A DNA stretch of 64,000 bases from Octopus sinensis (GCF_006345805.1 NC_043006.1:90086001-90150000), one strand, 5' to 3'; counted from the first letter of the stretch, positions 24,976 through 38,923 are shown. Numbers and translations: made by a program. The notes: generated by a model not told the origin, from the sequence alone.

Positions 24976-27025
24976 TATATATATGGGTTGGGGTTATTTC
25001 ACATTATAATTTTGGGGAAAATGAAACACATAAGCAAGTTGAGGTCCTCCAAACCATTTAGGTTAGAAGTAACCCCTAATATATGCTGACTCTGACTAGG
25101 ATAACCCATCCAACCCATGACAGTATGGAAAGCAGATGTAAAACGATGATGAGAATGGTGATGAGGATGGTGGTGGTGGTGATGATGATGAGGATGAGGA
25201 GGATTACTGGTTACAGGTTTCCAACAGATCAAGCTCTGGTTCACTGCCCTTCCTATGGTGAGAGTAACAAGTAAACGTCTAAAACAATATAAAGGTCTTC
25301 CTTCATAGAATACCATATTCTTAATTTTCTTTAGAGATGTTAATATTCTAAGCTGACAGAAATTAATAATAGACACACACACACAAGTACATAATAAACA
25401 CACATATATAATTACATAATAAATAATACACACAAACACACACATAACTCTGCACAGTCATCAAATACTAGTTTTCTGAGCGCCAGTTATCCAAACAAGC
25501 TTTCAAGGTCCTGTGAATATTTAATTAGCTATACAACATAAAACCCAAACTGGAGAACAATGCTAATGTTACTCTTTCATCTTTTGTACAGCCTGACTAA
25601 CAGTGAATTTAAATTGCTGCTGAATATGTAAAACATTATACTGAAGGGGTCACACACACACAGACACAGGTGAAACAATCATGTCTTTTGTTTATGATTA
25701 TCAAATGTGCTGTGTGTGTGTCAATCTGTAACATTGTTCTCAGTTGATCAATTTAAACAACATTAAAAGTAATTTAGCTCACAAAAACCACCAACATGCT
25801 GAAGAATTTAAAGACATGGCAAAATCAGTGATGTCTTTATTTATCCTATGATTCTGTTCTGAAAGAGAGAGAGTGTGTGTGCATGTGTGTGTGCATTCAT
25901 GTGGTGTGTATATATTTATATAAATCTGTTTTATGTAATCAACTTTGTTATTGTTACTGTGTCTCTGAAGAGAAAATAGTGCTTTACAAAATAAGTCCTT
26001 TGTCAATTGAACAGAAAAGCGACATTTACAGAGTCTGGATTGTGGGGAAAAAGTATTAAAAATTGCCCAAGAGTACAACATTTTATTGATTGAATGGCAG
26101 ACATAAAACATGCTCTGTAAAGAGGCTTTCTCCTGTAATTATTGTTCAGTCTGGCTTTCCTGCTGTCACATCATTGATGTGAGCAAAATTACACGATGCC
26201 CATGTCACTCGGATAAGCACAATGTGTGGACATCTTCATCGCCGTTGTCATTGTCCTCCTCATTATTGCCATCATTTTCATGTTGACTTTTCCATGCTTG
26301 CGTAATAAGTCAGATGCAGCTACACTGAAGGAGAACTTCTTAGGGCCATGGACTTTTCTTGACACCAACCCACACCCATTTCCAAGCAGTAAATGCCTCA
26401 GTCCGTCAAACAACAATCAACCAAAACATGCTTGTCTGACGGAATGCAGGCAAACAACATGGTCGATATTGTTGATAAGGATTTGCTTACACACACAAAC
26501 AAAACCTATTATTCATGATGATCTTTTAGTATTTTCAGTTACCAGCTATTGGTCAATCCATGGCTATAATAGAAGAGAGTGGGGGACACCAGTTGACAGG
26601 GTCTTAGCAGTGGGACTCGACTCTAACAACTTGCATTCAAAATGAAGCTTTTAATGCTTCACACACACACAAATACACACACATATATATCATCATCATC
26701 ATTTAACATCTGCTTTATTCTGCTGGCATGGGTTGGACAGTTTGACAAGAACCGCAATACAAGGAATACACCAAGCTCCAATGTCTGCTTTCACATGGTA
26801 TCTATGGATGGATGTCCTTCCTAATGCCAATATGTGTATGTGTGTGTGTGTGTGTGTGAGTGTGCGTGCGTGTGTGTGTGTGATGTACCACGAAAGTAAA
26901 CCAAGAACCACATGGCTGTGAAGGGATATCTTCAGTCAAAGATAGCCATGCTGCCATTTATATCTACAGTGATTAAAATATGATTCAAATACAAAGATAA
27001 ACATAGCTATGAAACCCTGATCCAA

Positions 27026-27063
<38 letters not shown>

Positions 27064-28848
27064 CACTCACATACATGAATATATTTGTACAAATATATAA
27101 ACCTTGTTATGAAATACTGAATCACTTACACAGACCTTACAAATGAGTTTGGCTTTTGTTTCTTTTAATAATTCTGAATTCAATCTGATGGGCAGAGTAG
27201 GACATTGAGCTCCCTATTCGGTAGTTCTTCAATTTAACACTTTAATTCTACAGCTACTGCACCTCTTTTGTGTAAGTTACAATAATTTTGGTTATTTTAA
27301 ATGTTTAAACTGTCATTATATCTTTATTATCCAATGATGTATCCTCTTATATGTTTTTGCAATAAAATGTTGTTAAAAGAGATTGAAAGCATTCAATTGT
27401 TAAGTAACACTATGTGATGTTAGAAACATCATAGAAACCGATTAAATTTTGTTTTTTATTTATTTTCTGATACCCTATTGTGTAAAATAGTAAAAAGATA
27501 AAAATTTGTTGAGTGCAAGAGGAGAAGCAGATAAGTTGAAAGTAGTAGCATATAATCATGAAATGAACAAATTATATAAATTGATCTCTTGGCAATATCC
27601 TGTTTCTTTTAACTTGCTTGTTACACTGAATGAAAGAGTGATTATGTGATGCTACATGTAATGAAAGTAAGAGTGGAGAAATAAAATATTGCTTTTTGGA
27701 CGGTGGTGAAAGTTGGCGAATGTATTTTGGAAAGAATTAATAAGTGGATGGTGTTTATTTTTATTTCTGGAACTGAAGTCAATTTGAAATGTACACACAT
27801 ACAAAAACACACACTAATAAATGTATGTAGATTCATATAAACATATGGATATACATACACACATATATATGGACATACATACACACATATATATGGACAT
27901 ACATACACACATATATATGTACACACAATACACATATATGAAGAGATACACATATACACATATTTGTGTAATATATTATCATCGTCATTCACATTTGTCA
28001 TCATGTATCCTATGCTGGCAAGTTTGTGAATGATTTGATAGGATCCAGCAGGTCAGAGAACTGTGTCAAACTCCACTGCCTGTTTCGACAGGGTTTCTGC
28101 AGTTTGAAGCCCTTCCTAATGCCAACCTCTTGACTCAGTGTACTGGGTGCTTTTGTTTGTGTCACCAACACTAGTCAGGTCCCTGAGTAACTTGCTAGAC
28201 AAGGCCCTTTCGTGTAGTATTAAGGGAGGGGCTTCATGCCAGGTGTTGAGAGGCAAGTATATGATATAGGGAGAGGTGTTTTACTGGAGAGGGGATACTT
28301 GGCTACCCCTGTTGGAAAAGGAGAGAAGATGGTGGGGTAAAGAGGGTGAATATGGGAACAGGGGTGCAGGTGTGGGGGATAGTGAGAGAGGATGAGATAA
28401 ACTCACAAAAGTGCATGAATGTGAGGGAAGACACAAAACTAGATTTTTTTAAGGACTCCTCAAAAATAGCAAATCGCCAGTTAACTCTGGTTTTTGCCAT
28501 TTCTTCTGAGATGCTCAACATCCAAAAGTCAATCTTCACTTCTTCATCCCATGTCTTCCTGGGCCTCCTCCCTCTTCACCTTTCATCTACAATCACCGCT
28601 TCTTTTATGCAGTTGTCCATACATATATTATACACACACACATTTACAAGTATAAATTACGTACATATCTATACACATACATATACACACACACATACAT
28701 GTATATAAAAGATCTAAACATTTTCCTATCATTTCGTTAAAATTTCCTATATTCCATACAAGATATGGAGTTAATATTCTCGTAGTTTAGCAAAACAGTT
28801 TTATCAGTTCTTCACTACATTCTATAATTTATTTAGCAAAGCAACGAT

Positions 28849-28971
28849 GAAAGAAGAAGAAGAAGAAGGAGGAAGAGGAGGAGGAGGAGGAGGAGGAGGA
28901 GGAGGAGGAGGAGGAGGAGAAGAAGAAGAAGAAGAAGAAGAAGAAGAAGAAGAAGAAGAAGAAGAAGAAAA
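28849..28971. repeat. 123-nt pure-purine (GAA)n(GGA)n(GAA)n microsatellite
   Basis: Read directly from the sequence. Confidence 0.95.
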
Positions 28972-29694
28972 TCTATTGACTGTAATATTTTCCTTCTTTC
29001 TTTCCCATTTCAACGTTTTATCTTATTTGCAGAACTCAATGAAATGCCAAGCGTTTTATCTCCTTTTAGTTCTTGGGTTTCCTTTTAGTTCTTGGGTTTG
29101 AAGATTTCTGCAACAGTCTTAATCTGCCAACACTTTCTTCTGCTAGGTTTATTATTACTATTAATAACAATAACAATAATAATAACCAGAGGAAGAAGAA
29201 GAACAACAATAATATTGGAACAATGCCAGCAACTTTGAGGGAAGGGTCTAGTGAATTACACTGACCCCAATGCTTAACTGGTATTTATTTTATCAACCCT
29301 GAAAGATGAAAGCCAAAAGTCAACTTTGGGTGGTATGTAAACTTAGAATGTAGAAGAAGAAGAAGAAGAAGAAGAAGAATATTGCTAAGCAATTTGTGAA
29401 GTGGGTTGTGATTCTGCCAGCTCACTGCCTTAACAACAACAATAGTAATCCTTTCCCATTTTGGTGCAAGGCCGGCAATTTGGAGAATGGGGGGGTTAGT
29501 TGATTACATCGACCCCAGTATACGTCTGGTATTTTATCAACTCCAAAGTGATAAAAGACAAAGTTGACCGTAGCAGAATTTGAACTCGGAATGTAAAGAT
29601 TGACAACATGCTGTTCAGCATTTTGTCCAATGTGCTGATGATTCTGCCAGGTTGCCACCTTAATAAAAATAAAAATAACAATAACTATAGCAAT

Positions 29695-29960
29695 AATCAT
29701 CATCATCATCGTTTAACAACTGCTTTCCATGCTAGCATGCGTTGGATGATTTGACTGAGGTCTGGCGAACCAGATGGCTGCGCCAGACTCCAATCTGATC
29801 TGGCAGAGTTTCTACAGCTGGATGCCCTTCCTAACGCCAACCACTCCGAGAGTTGGCACAAGGGCCAGTCAGGCGGTACTGGCAATGGCCACGCTCAAAT
29901 GGTGCTTCTTATGTGCCACCTGCACAGGAGCCAGTCCAGCAGCACTGGCAACGACCTCAA
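29695..29960 (-). mobile_element. RTE 3'-tail copy
   Basis: catcatcatcgtttaacaactgctttccatgctagcatg...gatgcccttcctaacgccaaccactccgag. Confidence 0.85.
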
Positions 29961-30294
29961 TAATAATCCTTTCTACTGGAGGCACAGTGTCTGGAATTTG
30001 GCGCGAGGGGAGAAGTCAATTATATTTGAATTTAGAGCATGAAGACAGATGAAATCTTGCTAAGCACTTTCTCCACAGGGCTAACAATCCTGCCAACCCT
30101 CCATTTTTACAACAACAACATCGACAGAAACGGTGGCATCTTTTATTGGCCAGAAGGACCTAAGACACTGAGGAGAATACAATGTTGAAATACAACACAA
30201 AATATCCACACAATGATATGCACACAAGTATATGAAACAAAAAAGAAAACTAAGGCAAGTTGACCAAACATATAATGATAATAATAATAATAAT

Positions 30295-30612
30295 GAAGAG
30301 TCGAGAGATATGTCAGGTTAGCTTGGGAGGTTAAGCAGTTGTGGTCGATGGAAAGGTGGTAGTGATACCAATAATTGCCGAAGCTCTGGGAATAGCGAGC
30401 AAAAATCTCGAGAGGTATGTGGAACAAATAGAGGATGGAATAAGGGTGGAGCACTTTCAGAAAAGAGCACTGCTTGGAAAAGCTCGAATACTCCGGAAGG
30501 TACTTGAAAAATAAGAGGTGTTACCTTAGTTCACTGGTAGTGAACCGCTGACACTGTAGTACATTTCCAGTGTTAGAAGCTGTGCAAAGGCAACAACAAC
30601 AACAATAATAAT
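30295..30612 (+). mobile_element. Dong-like (R4 clade) 3' fragment inserted in a (TAA)n repeat
   Basis: ERYVRLAWEVKQLWSME(fs)VVVIPIIAEALG...HFQKRALLGKARILRKVLEK* (stop 30512-30514). (TAA)n at 30279-30294 and a (CAA)n(TAA)n tail at 30591-30613. Confidence 0.85.
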
Positions 30613-33600
30613 AAATAAATAAATAAAATTTATAGTTTCCACTCTGCTTGTATCAGCTTCAGCCAAAGACATTTTTTTTTATCTCCTGCATGTAATTTTC
30701 TATGGATCAACAACAATGACAAATGGCTTTTCTTTGGCTGTAATTCGACAGAACAACTGTGAAGAGAATCAGAAAGACGTCATTTACTTTACTCATCCCA
30801 TCCAACAGGCTCCAAACTGCTGTCAATTTCTCTGTTGAAAATACAATCCTTCATTGGATCATTGGAAATCTGTAATTAATGAATTTATTCAATTAGGCAA
30901 GGCTATGTAATTAAGAAAGTCACTTGAAGGTTTATTTCCCCATTAAGGCCCTGTTGTAAGGTGTGTGACAAAGCTGACAATTAGCATCGCAGATAGAGTC
31001 CATTCAGTGGGCTTCCCAACAGTTTCTATCGAATCAGTCTTACTTACAAAGCTTGCGTTAATCCAAGGTAAAAAGACACTTGTTGATGGAACCATGCAGT
31101 AAGAGTGAACTTGGGCCATCAGGATTATGAATCTAACTTCTTAACCACTAGGCAATGATGATGATGATTATGATGGTGAAGAATGCATTGAAAACACAGG
31201 AAGGTGATAATGCAATGACAGAGACTGGCAAGATGATGATTTGAAACTTGGTGGAGAGAATGGAAGGCAGAATAAAATGGTAAATGGAACAGACAATCAG
31301 AATGAAACTTTTTAATAAATATTTGGGTATAAATGCAGATAGAATGGTGTGTATGGGAATGTAATGCAAGCCAGAAATTGTTTTTGTAGAATTTCACTGG
31401 AACATCATGAATTTGGAGTCTGCAGACCATGGCATAAGAGATCTTCTAAACTAATATCACATCTCTAATAACATGGAACTATTGATTGTCAGGGAAGTGT
31501 TTAGGGCATTTTGCAACTTTTGAATAACTTTGTATGTCATTCCATTGGAAGAAAGGAATTTGGATATTTCAAGGAAAGTCCTTTGTTAAAGGGAGAACAT
31601 TTTTTAAAAATGCTTATTGTAGTTCCAAGAATACAGATTTTTATTGTTGCCAGCCATTACTAGTTTCTATAGAATTTGGCTTTGGATTTTATTTGTTTAT
31701 ATTAGCATTGCCCGCTACATTTCAAACTCACAAGAAAGCCAGCTACTTGTCCTCCTTGTTGACTATGATCCTACAAAAGATAGTAAATCGAATATCACCA
31801 TAACAACAAAATTCTCCCAAGAAAATTGGATTAGATTTTGAAACACTAAAATCTGAACAGAAGACAGCAACAAAAAACAGATATACTGATGGTAGATAAA
31901 ATGACCAAAGAGTAAAACTATAAAGGTATGTTTTTTATATGGACAAGATACATTTGCAAAATGAATGATCTTATAAATACAAAAGCTAGTTCCGATCAAG
32001 ATGAACAAAACCAGCCTGAATTTCAGGTACAGTTTTGTAACATTACTGTACAAAGAAACACTGAGACATACTGCAAGGAATATTGGAAAATTCCCTCACT
32101 ATACATGCATAATGTCCCTTGTATCGTGTATTTTCAGAAGCAATAAACCCTAATGTATTCGGATGTTTAGCCCCAGCAAAATATAGTTGACAATTTAATA
32201 ACATAGTGAATCAGCTCTACATTTGCTTCAGGAACCAATTTTAAGTGTTGCAAGAAAAAGAGATTTGTGGTACTCATGTGAGCTTCTTGGAAAATAATGA
32301 AGGGACTTTGGGCTACAAGCAAATCATCAACTAAAGCAGCGCATAATGAAGCTAACATAATATTCCATGACAACAAATGTTAATAAGTCTACTAATTATC
32401 AGTGTAGTAAGACCAAATGATTACACTGTTGTGCAAATCTAAAGAATTACAGGGATTATCTCTGTTCAAATTAAAACATGATGGGATTTAAAGCTTTTAT
32501 TCATCATGTAATTGGTTCCACTAAAAAGATACACAACACTTTTTAGAAAGATATTGGCAGATTACTGCAAGAACAGACAGGGGTACATTCTACAAATATT
32601 GCAATATAAGGCTGTTTTAAATATTGATGAACCACATAATTGCAAAAAAAAAGAAAAACTTCTTAACCACCCAGCCATGACCATGTGACCACCCTTCCCT
32701 AAAAGAAATCTTGCATTAGTCCTTGTAGAAAGATTTTTTCCTTAAAAGTTATCTATTCTAGCAAATATGCATCTACATTTTTGAGGGATTATGTAACAAC
32801 CAAATCCTGTTTCTATTTTTCAATAGAATACATTTCCTATTGACACTTTATAACAAGATGCAAATTGGTTTAATACAACAATGAACAGTTAGAAAAACTA
32901 AAATCACAAAACGAAACAAAGCAAAAAAAAAAAGAAAATTAAAGAAAACTTTTGATTGTAATTAAATATTTATGATACAATATTAACAGCAGATTATTCA
33001 GCTTGACAATGTTTTGAATGTGAAAAAAAAAAAACAAATTAAGAAAATTGTGGAAAACAAAATTAAAAATTTGGCAAATTTTGAAATTAGAAAAATATAA
33101 AGATCCAATTTTCTTGATTTTATCTTTGTTTTCACTATTTTATTTCTTACATCTTCAGTTTTATAAATGTCAGTCTTTAACTGATTCTACCCCTTATGAA
33201 AACTATGTCAAGCAGTTTATATAATGCTTTATGGAATTGCCACATTCTTTCCATTAATAATATAGCTTCCAGTCTTAAACGGAGGCTAACTTTTACAGAG
33301 TGAAAATATGAAGTTGCTACACAAGCATATTTATAAATATAAAGAACAGAATATAGCATTAACCTGGTTCATTTGTTTTTTATTCTTTAAATGGCATAAT
33401 TTCAAAAGGGATGAAATAATCACTAAATATTCAAACAGGAACAACATAAGATTCCAGACATGATTAAAAGGAAAAAAAGGATTCTTAGAATGAGCTATTA
33501 GAATCAAATTATTATATATTAACATTAGTTCTTGTTAACCTAATGCAATAAAGTGTTTCCTGATAATCAATTTTGGTTAAGCATTCATATGGACTTGTAA

Positions 33601-35082
33601 CACCAAATACAGGGTTCCAAACAACCATAAAGGTGTTTACTTTAATTTCTCACATATATAAATATATATATATTAGCTGATGTACCCAGTAATTCCCAGG
33701 AAAGTGGGGCTAATCCCTTGGTTCCGTTCTCATAATTGTTTCACCAATCCAATAACAACAATACAAAGTATGTAGCCCTTAAAACGGTTTTTGTGCATTT
33801 ACAGAGAATACTGAACTTGTTTTTAGAACTTTCTAATAAGTTATGAATACCCAAATTGTGAAGTCATTTATGTAATAACATGAAATTAGTTACCCAATAG
33901 TAAGAATTCAAATAAAGTAGCCCCCAAAATGGCTTTAATGCATTCCCAGAGTATATAGAACATAGGAGGAAATACTAATAAGGTATGTATACTAAAATCG
34001 TGAAGCATGTTATGTTATAACAGGCTAATCAGATACGAGATAATAGCAATTCAAAGTAAATAACTCTGAAAAGGGCTTTTGTGCATTCCCAGAGAATATT
34101 AACCTCACATGCATACATACAAACATGGTATATAGTTGCAAAACACACACACACACACTCAGACATGCACATACAAGGAGACAGAGTGCATACATATACA
34201 AACACATGGACACACACATACATAAAAAAGACACAAACACAGACATGCAAGCACATGAATGTGCAGAATACATACATACAGATGCACACACATGCATATG
34301 TATACACACACATATATACATACACACGCATACATATATGCATGCATGCAAAAGCACACACACACACTGATCCACACACATGCATACAAACAAAAAGGAA
34401 CGCAATGTAAATAATGGACAGAGTCAAGACTATTGAAAAGGTTGCAAGATGCAAAGAAAATTTTAGGAAAATAAAAATAAGTAATAAGTGGACATTTTAC
34501 CACTGAGTGTGTTAAATTCTAAGGAACAAAACGAAAATTACTCTCCCCAGACACAACAGAAGATGTAGGAGGAGTTAGCTAGCAACTCCACTTATACACC
34601 CACAGACAGAATTTCTCACATATGTAGTATATGTATATACAAGTGTCACATAAATGGCACCTGTGCCAGTGGCACATAAAAGCACTCATTACACTGTCAG
34701 AGTGGTTGGCATTAGGAAGGGCATCCAGTTGTAGAAACAATGCAAAATGAAACTAGAGTCTGGTGCAACCCCTCAGCTTATCAGCCCTGTTCAAACAGTC
34801 CAACCTATACCAGCATGGACAATGGACATATAATGATAATGATGATGATTAACTACACACATGGGCTGTTCATGATATTTTTCCTTCTATGGACTTTTCC
34901 ATGTTCCATTCTCACAAAGAGCTATGCTCAAAATGTCAAAAACTCTCTCTTTTTACCAAGCTAATAATACATTCCATGTGCTTGTCCTTCTGTTATTTGT
35001 TATAGTTATTTTTAATGTTTCAATTTGACTATAATATATATATATATATATATATAAGCCCCTGTACCTGGCTTTCGTTGAC

Positions 35083-36303
35083 ATGGAGAAAGCTTTTGAT
35101 AGGGTCCCCCGATCCCTTATCTGGTGGTCAATGAGGAAACTAGGGATAGATGAATGGCTGGTGAGGACTGTGCAAGCCATGTACAGAGATGCCGTAAGTA
35201 AAGTTAGGGTTGGCAACATGTACACAGAAGAATTCAAAGTAGAGGTTGGGGTCCACCAGGGTTCAGTACTCAGCCCCCTCCTATTTATCATAGTACTCCA
35301 GGCAATTACGGAGGAATTCAAGACAGGCTGTCCCTGGGAGCTCCTCTACGCTGACGACCTTGCTCTTATTGCTGAGTCACTATCAGAACTGGAGGAGAAG
35401 TTCCAGGTGTGGAAGGAGGGTTTAGAATCAAGGGGCCTTAGAGTCAACCTAGCTAAAACCAAAGTACTAATAAGTAGAAAGGTAGACAATCCACAAATAT
35501 CTTCAGGAAGATGGCCCTGCTCGATCTGTAGAAAAGGTGTAGGTAGAAACTCTATAAGATGTACCCAGTGTAAGCTATGGACACATAAGAGGTGCAGCAA
35601 TGTCAAAGGTAGGCTAACTGGGAAGATAGTTTTTGTATGTGGCAGATGCTCGGGAGCATTAACCTCCGAAAATCTGCAGAAAACAACTTCCGAAACTTTC
35701 CAGGGGGAAAAACTAGAAGTAGTTGATAGCTTCCGTTATCTAGGTGACCAAGTCAGTAGTGGGGGTGGGTGCGCTGAAAGTGTAACTGCTAGAATAAGAA
35801 TAGCCTGGGCAAAGTTTAGGGAGCTCTTACCTCTGCTGGTGAGTAAAGGCCTCTCGCTCAGAGTAAAATGCAGACTGTATGATGCGTGTGTACGAACAGC
35901 CATGCTACATGGCAGCGAAACATGGGCCGTGACTGCTGAGGACATGCGTAAGCTCGTGAGGAATGAAGCCAGTATGCTCCGATGGATGTGTAATGTCAGT
36001 GTACATACTCGACAGAGCGTTAGCACCTTGAGAGAAATGTTGTACCTAAGAAGCATCAGTTGTGGTGTGCAAGAGAGACGATTGCGCTGGTATGGTCATG
36101 TGGCGAGAATGGATGAAGATAGGTGTGTGAGAAAGTGCCAATCCCTAGCAGTTGAGGGAACCCGTGGAAGAGGTAGACCCAGGAAAACCTGGGACGAGGT
36201 GGTGAAGCACGACCTTCGAACTTTAGGCCTCACTGAGGAAATGACCAGAGACCGAGACCTTCTGAAATATTCTGTACGTGAGAAGACCAGGCAGGACAAG
36301 TGA
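35083..36303 (+). CDS. RTE LINE reverse transcriptase (partial ORF, 406 aa) with an internal C4HC3 PHD-like finger
   Basis: GVHQGSVLSPLLF, YADD (35347-35358), FRYLG, RRLRWYGHVARM, RGRGRPRKTW; Cys/His cluster at 35518-35649. Confidence 0.92.
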   Translation: MEKAFDRVPRSLIWWSMRKLGIDEWLVRTVQAMYRDAVSKVRVGNMYTEEFKVEVGVHQGSVLSPLLFIIVLQAITEEFKTGCPWELLYADDLALIAESLSELEEKFQVWKEGLESRGLRVNLAKTKVLISRKVDNPQISSGRWPCSICRKGVGRNSIRCTQCKLWTHKRCSNVKGRLTGKIVFVCGRCSGALTSENLQKTTSETFQGEKLEVVDSFRYLGDQVSSGGGCAESVTARIRIAWAKFRELLPLLVSKGLSLRVKCRLYDACVRTAMLHGSETWAVTAEDMRKLVRNEASMLRWMCNVSVHTRQSVSTLREMLYLRSISCGVQERRLRWYGHVARMDEDRCVRKCQSLAVEGTRGRGRPRKTWDEVVKHDLRTLGLTEEMTRDRDLLKYSVREKTRQDK

Positions 36304-36388
36304 GCCCAGCCCACTTATGAATGCCTTTCCTCCCTTGGACACAAAGACCGGTTGAGGCAAGCGAAGTCGATATAGAACCTCATCCGAC

Positions 36389-36846
36389 GACAGACACCCA
36401 TGCCAACCCCCCATGCTTGCGAAGACATGTTGGGGCAAGCGAAATCGAAATCGAAACCGAATTGAACCAGCCAGGATCCCTGGCCTGGTGGTACGTAAAA
36501 AGCACTATCCGACTCGTGGCCGTGGCACGTAAAATACTCCAATGCGACCGTACGACAGGCACCCATGCCAACCCCCTTTGCTTGTGAAGACATGTTGGGG
36601 CAAGCGAAATCGAAATCGAAACCGAATTGAACCAGCCAGGATCCCTGGTCTGGTGGTACGTAAAAAGCACTATCCGACTCGTGGCCGTGGCACGTAAAAT
36701 ACTCCAATGCGACTGTACGACAGGCACCCATGCCAACCCCCTTTGCTTGTGAAGACATGTTGGGGCAAGCGAAATCGAAATCGAATTGAACCAGCCAGGA
36801 TCCCTGGTCTGGTGGTACGTAAAAAGCACTATCCGACTCGTGGCCG
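36389..36846 (+). repeat. 165-bp tandem repeat (about 2.8 copies) inside the RTE 3' UTR
   Basis: Units start at 36389, 36554 and 36719 (gacagRcacccatgccaaccccc...). Confidence 0.9.
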
Positions 36847-38764
36847 ATGCCAGCACCGCCTCGACTGGCTTCCGTGCCGGTGGCACATAAAATACACCAA
36901 TCTGACCGTGGCCGTTGCCAGCCCCGCCTGGCACCTGTGCAGGTGGCACGTAAAAAGCACCCACTACACTCACAGAGTGGTTGGCGTTAGGAAGGGCATC
37001 CAGCTGTAGAAACATTGCCAGATTAGACTGGAGCCTGGTGCAGCCTTCTGGCTTCCCAGAACCCCGGTCGAACCGTCCAACCCATGCTAGCATGGAGAAC
37101 GGACGTTAAACGACGACGATGATGATGATGATATATACTTTATTGAAGAGCAGCAGAAATATCACAAAAACTGTTACTCAGAGTTTCGCGTTCCCATTTG
37201 TCAGACAGTTTTCCGTAGAATATATATATTCACACATACATATATATGTGTGTGTGTGTGGATGCATTTGTATACATATATACACACATATAAATACGCA
37301 TATAATAATACCTGTGCTGGCACCACATAAAGAGCACCCAGAACACTCTCTGTACAATGGGTTGGTATTAGAAAGGGCATCCAACCATAGAAACCAGAAC
37401 AAAACAGACAACTGGATGATGATGATGATGATGATATATGTGCGTCTGTATATGTGTGTGTATATATATATATATATATATTTATATATACACACACATG
37501 AATAAATGATGTATACTTACTGAAGCAACATAGAGCAGTGAGTACTCTTTAGTCATTTGGACCATAAGGTAACATTGTTAATGCCAGTTTCTCCACAATA
37601 CACTCCATTTAAGTGGTTAGCATATGTAGGGTTCAGAAAAGCTTTTTTGTCCTGTGAAGAACATGACAACCCCTCTAGTGCTGGTGCAACAATACATCAC
37701 TGTGGTTGGTGTTAGGGAGAAAAGATGCTGCCACAAACTGCATACATGGGAGACATAGAACTCTAACCCATCAAGGAAAACAATTAGAGTTCCATGTTAA
37801 TGGAATATGAATTGAATTAGACAGAAACAATCTGTCCAATCCATGGAAGCATGGGAAGCATATATAATAATACCATCTTCAACATTTTACACACATTTTT
37901 CATACTAGCATGAATTGAATAGGTTGTTAATGTCAAGGTCAGTTCTCAGTCAGGGTTACAGCTCACATTCCTGGATAGATGAGAGGACCAAGTTTTGCTT
38001 ACGCATTCCATTTTGGGAGATGGCTTCTATGGTAGGATGCCCTTTCCAACACCAATCACTTTAAAGAATGTACTAGTTGTACTTTTGCATAGCATCAGCA
38101 CTAGACCAATAGCCATTCTGGTTTAATGTGGGAACTGGTTTTCAGATATGTAGTGTGCATGTGTGCAGTGTGTATACACACACATACACACACATATATA
38201 TGTATCTATAATTTTACTTAGAACATCTCAAGTTTTATGGACACAGCTAGCATAGGTTGTTAACTGCAAAAACTAAACAAATGGTGCTTGTGAAATACTG
38301 TTCTCTTGTGAAATGGATATCACAGTCACAAATAACCAATAATAAGTTCCTACAAAGGAACATAGAGAAATCTTTAAGGTCAGCAGCTATCTTTTAATAA
38401 ATGAATGCATGAAGTCAAGTAACATAGAATATAGCATTTTGGTATTACTGTGTGTGATGGTGGGGAGACAGAATTAATGGTTTTTGCTATCATCATTATT
38501 ATTATTATTATTATTATTCCTCTCTTCAAGATGCTGCAGCAATTATTTGGAAAAGTTCAACATGGTGCTGGAATGAAACGGTAACAAGTAATGTGGTGTG
38601 TAATAAAAGGGATTAGCATTAGAATAAAAGATAATAACAGCAACATGGAGGGTTGGGGTGGGGAAAAGGAATGCCAAAATTATATAATGATGAAAAAAAT
38701 GCAAAGTAAAACAAGACAAAAAGATTTGCCCTGTGCATGTTGGTTTACGATAATATAACTACAA

Positions 38765-38846
38765 ACACATATGTCCATATATGATATATATATATATATA
38801 TATATATGGTACATATATATATATATGGTACATATATATATATATG

Positions 38847-38923
<77 letters not shown>

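Larger units (their letters stand above)
35057..37132 (+). mobile_element. 5'-truncated RTE-clade LINE (RT plus C-terminus, long 3' UTR, (GAT)n tail)
   Basis: Starts at KPLYLAFVDMEKAFD immediately after (TA)n, runs through an uninterrupted ORF to 36303, then a 3' UTR ending cgttaaacgacgacgatgatgatg followed by atatata. Confidence 0.95.

Noticed and set aside
28822-29101. Poly-Gly/Glu and poly-Ser/Pro ORFs; likewise the poly-His/Ile/Met ORFs near 9936-10283
   Set aside because: Trinucleotide microsatellites with no splice or homology support.
36315-37093. Minus-strand ORFs of 147 and 237 aa with internal repeats
   Set aside because: They are antisense read-through of the RTE 3' UTR; the 165-bp unit is a multiple of 3, which explains the repeated peptide.
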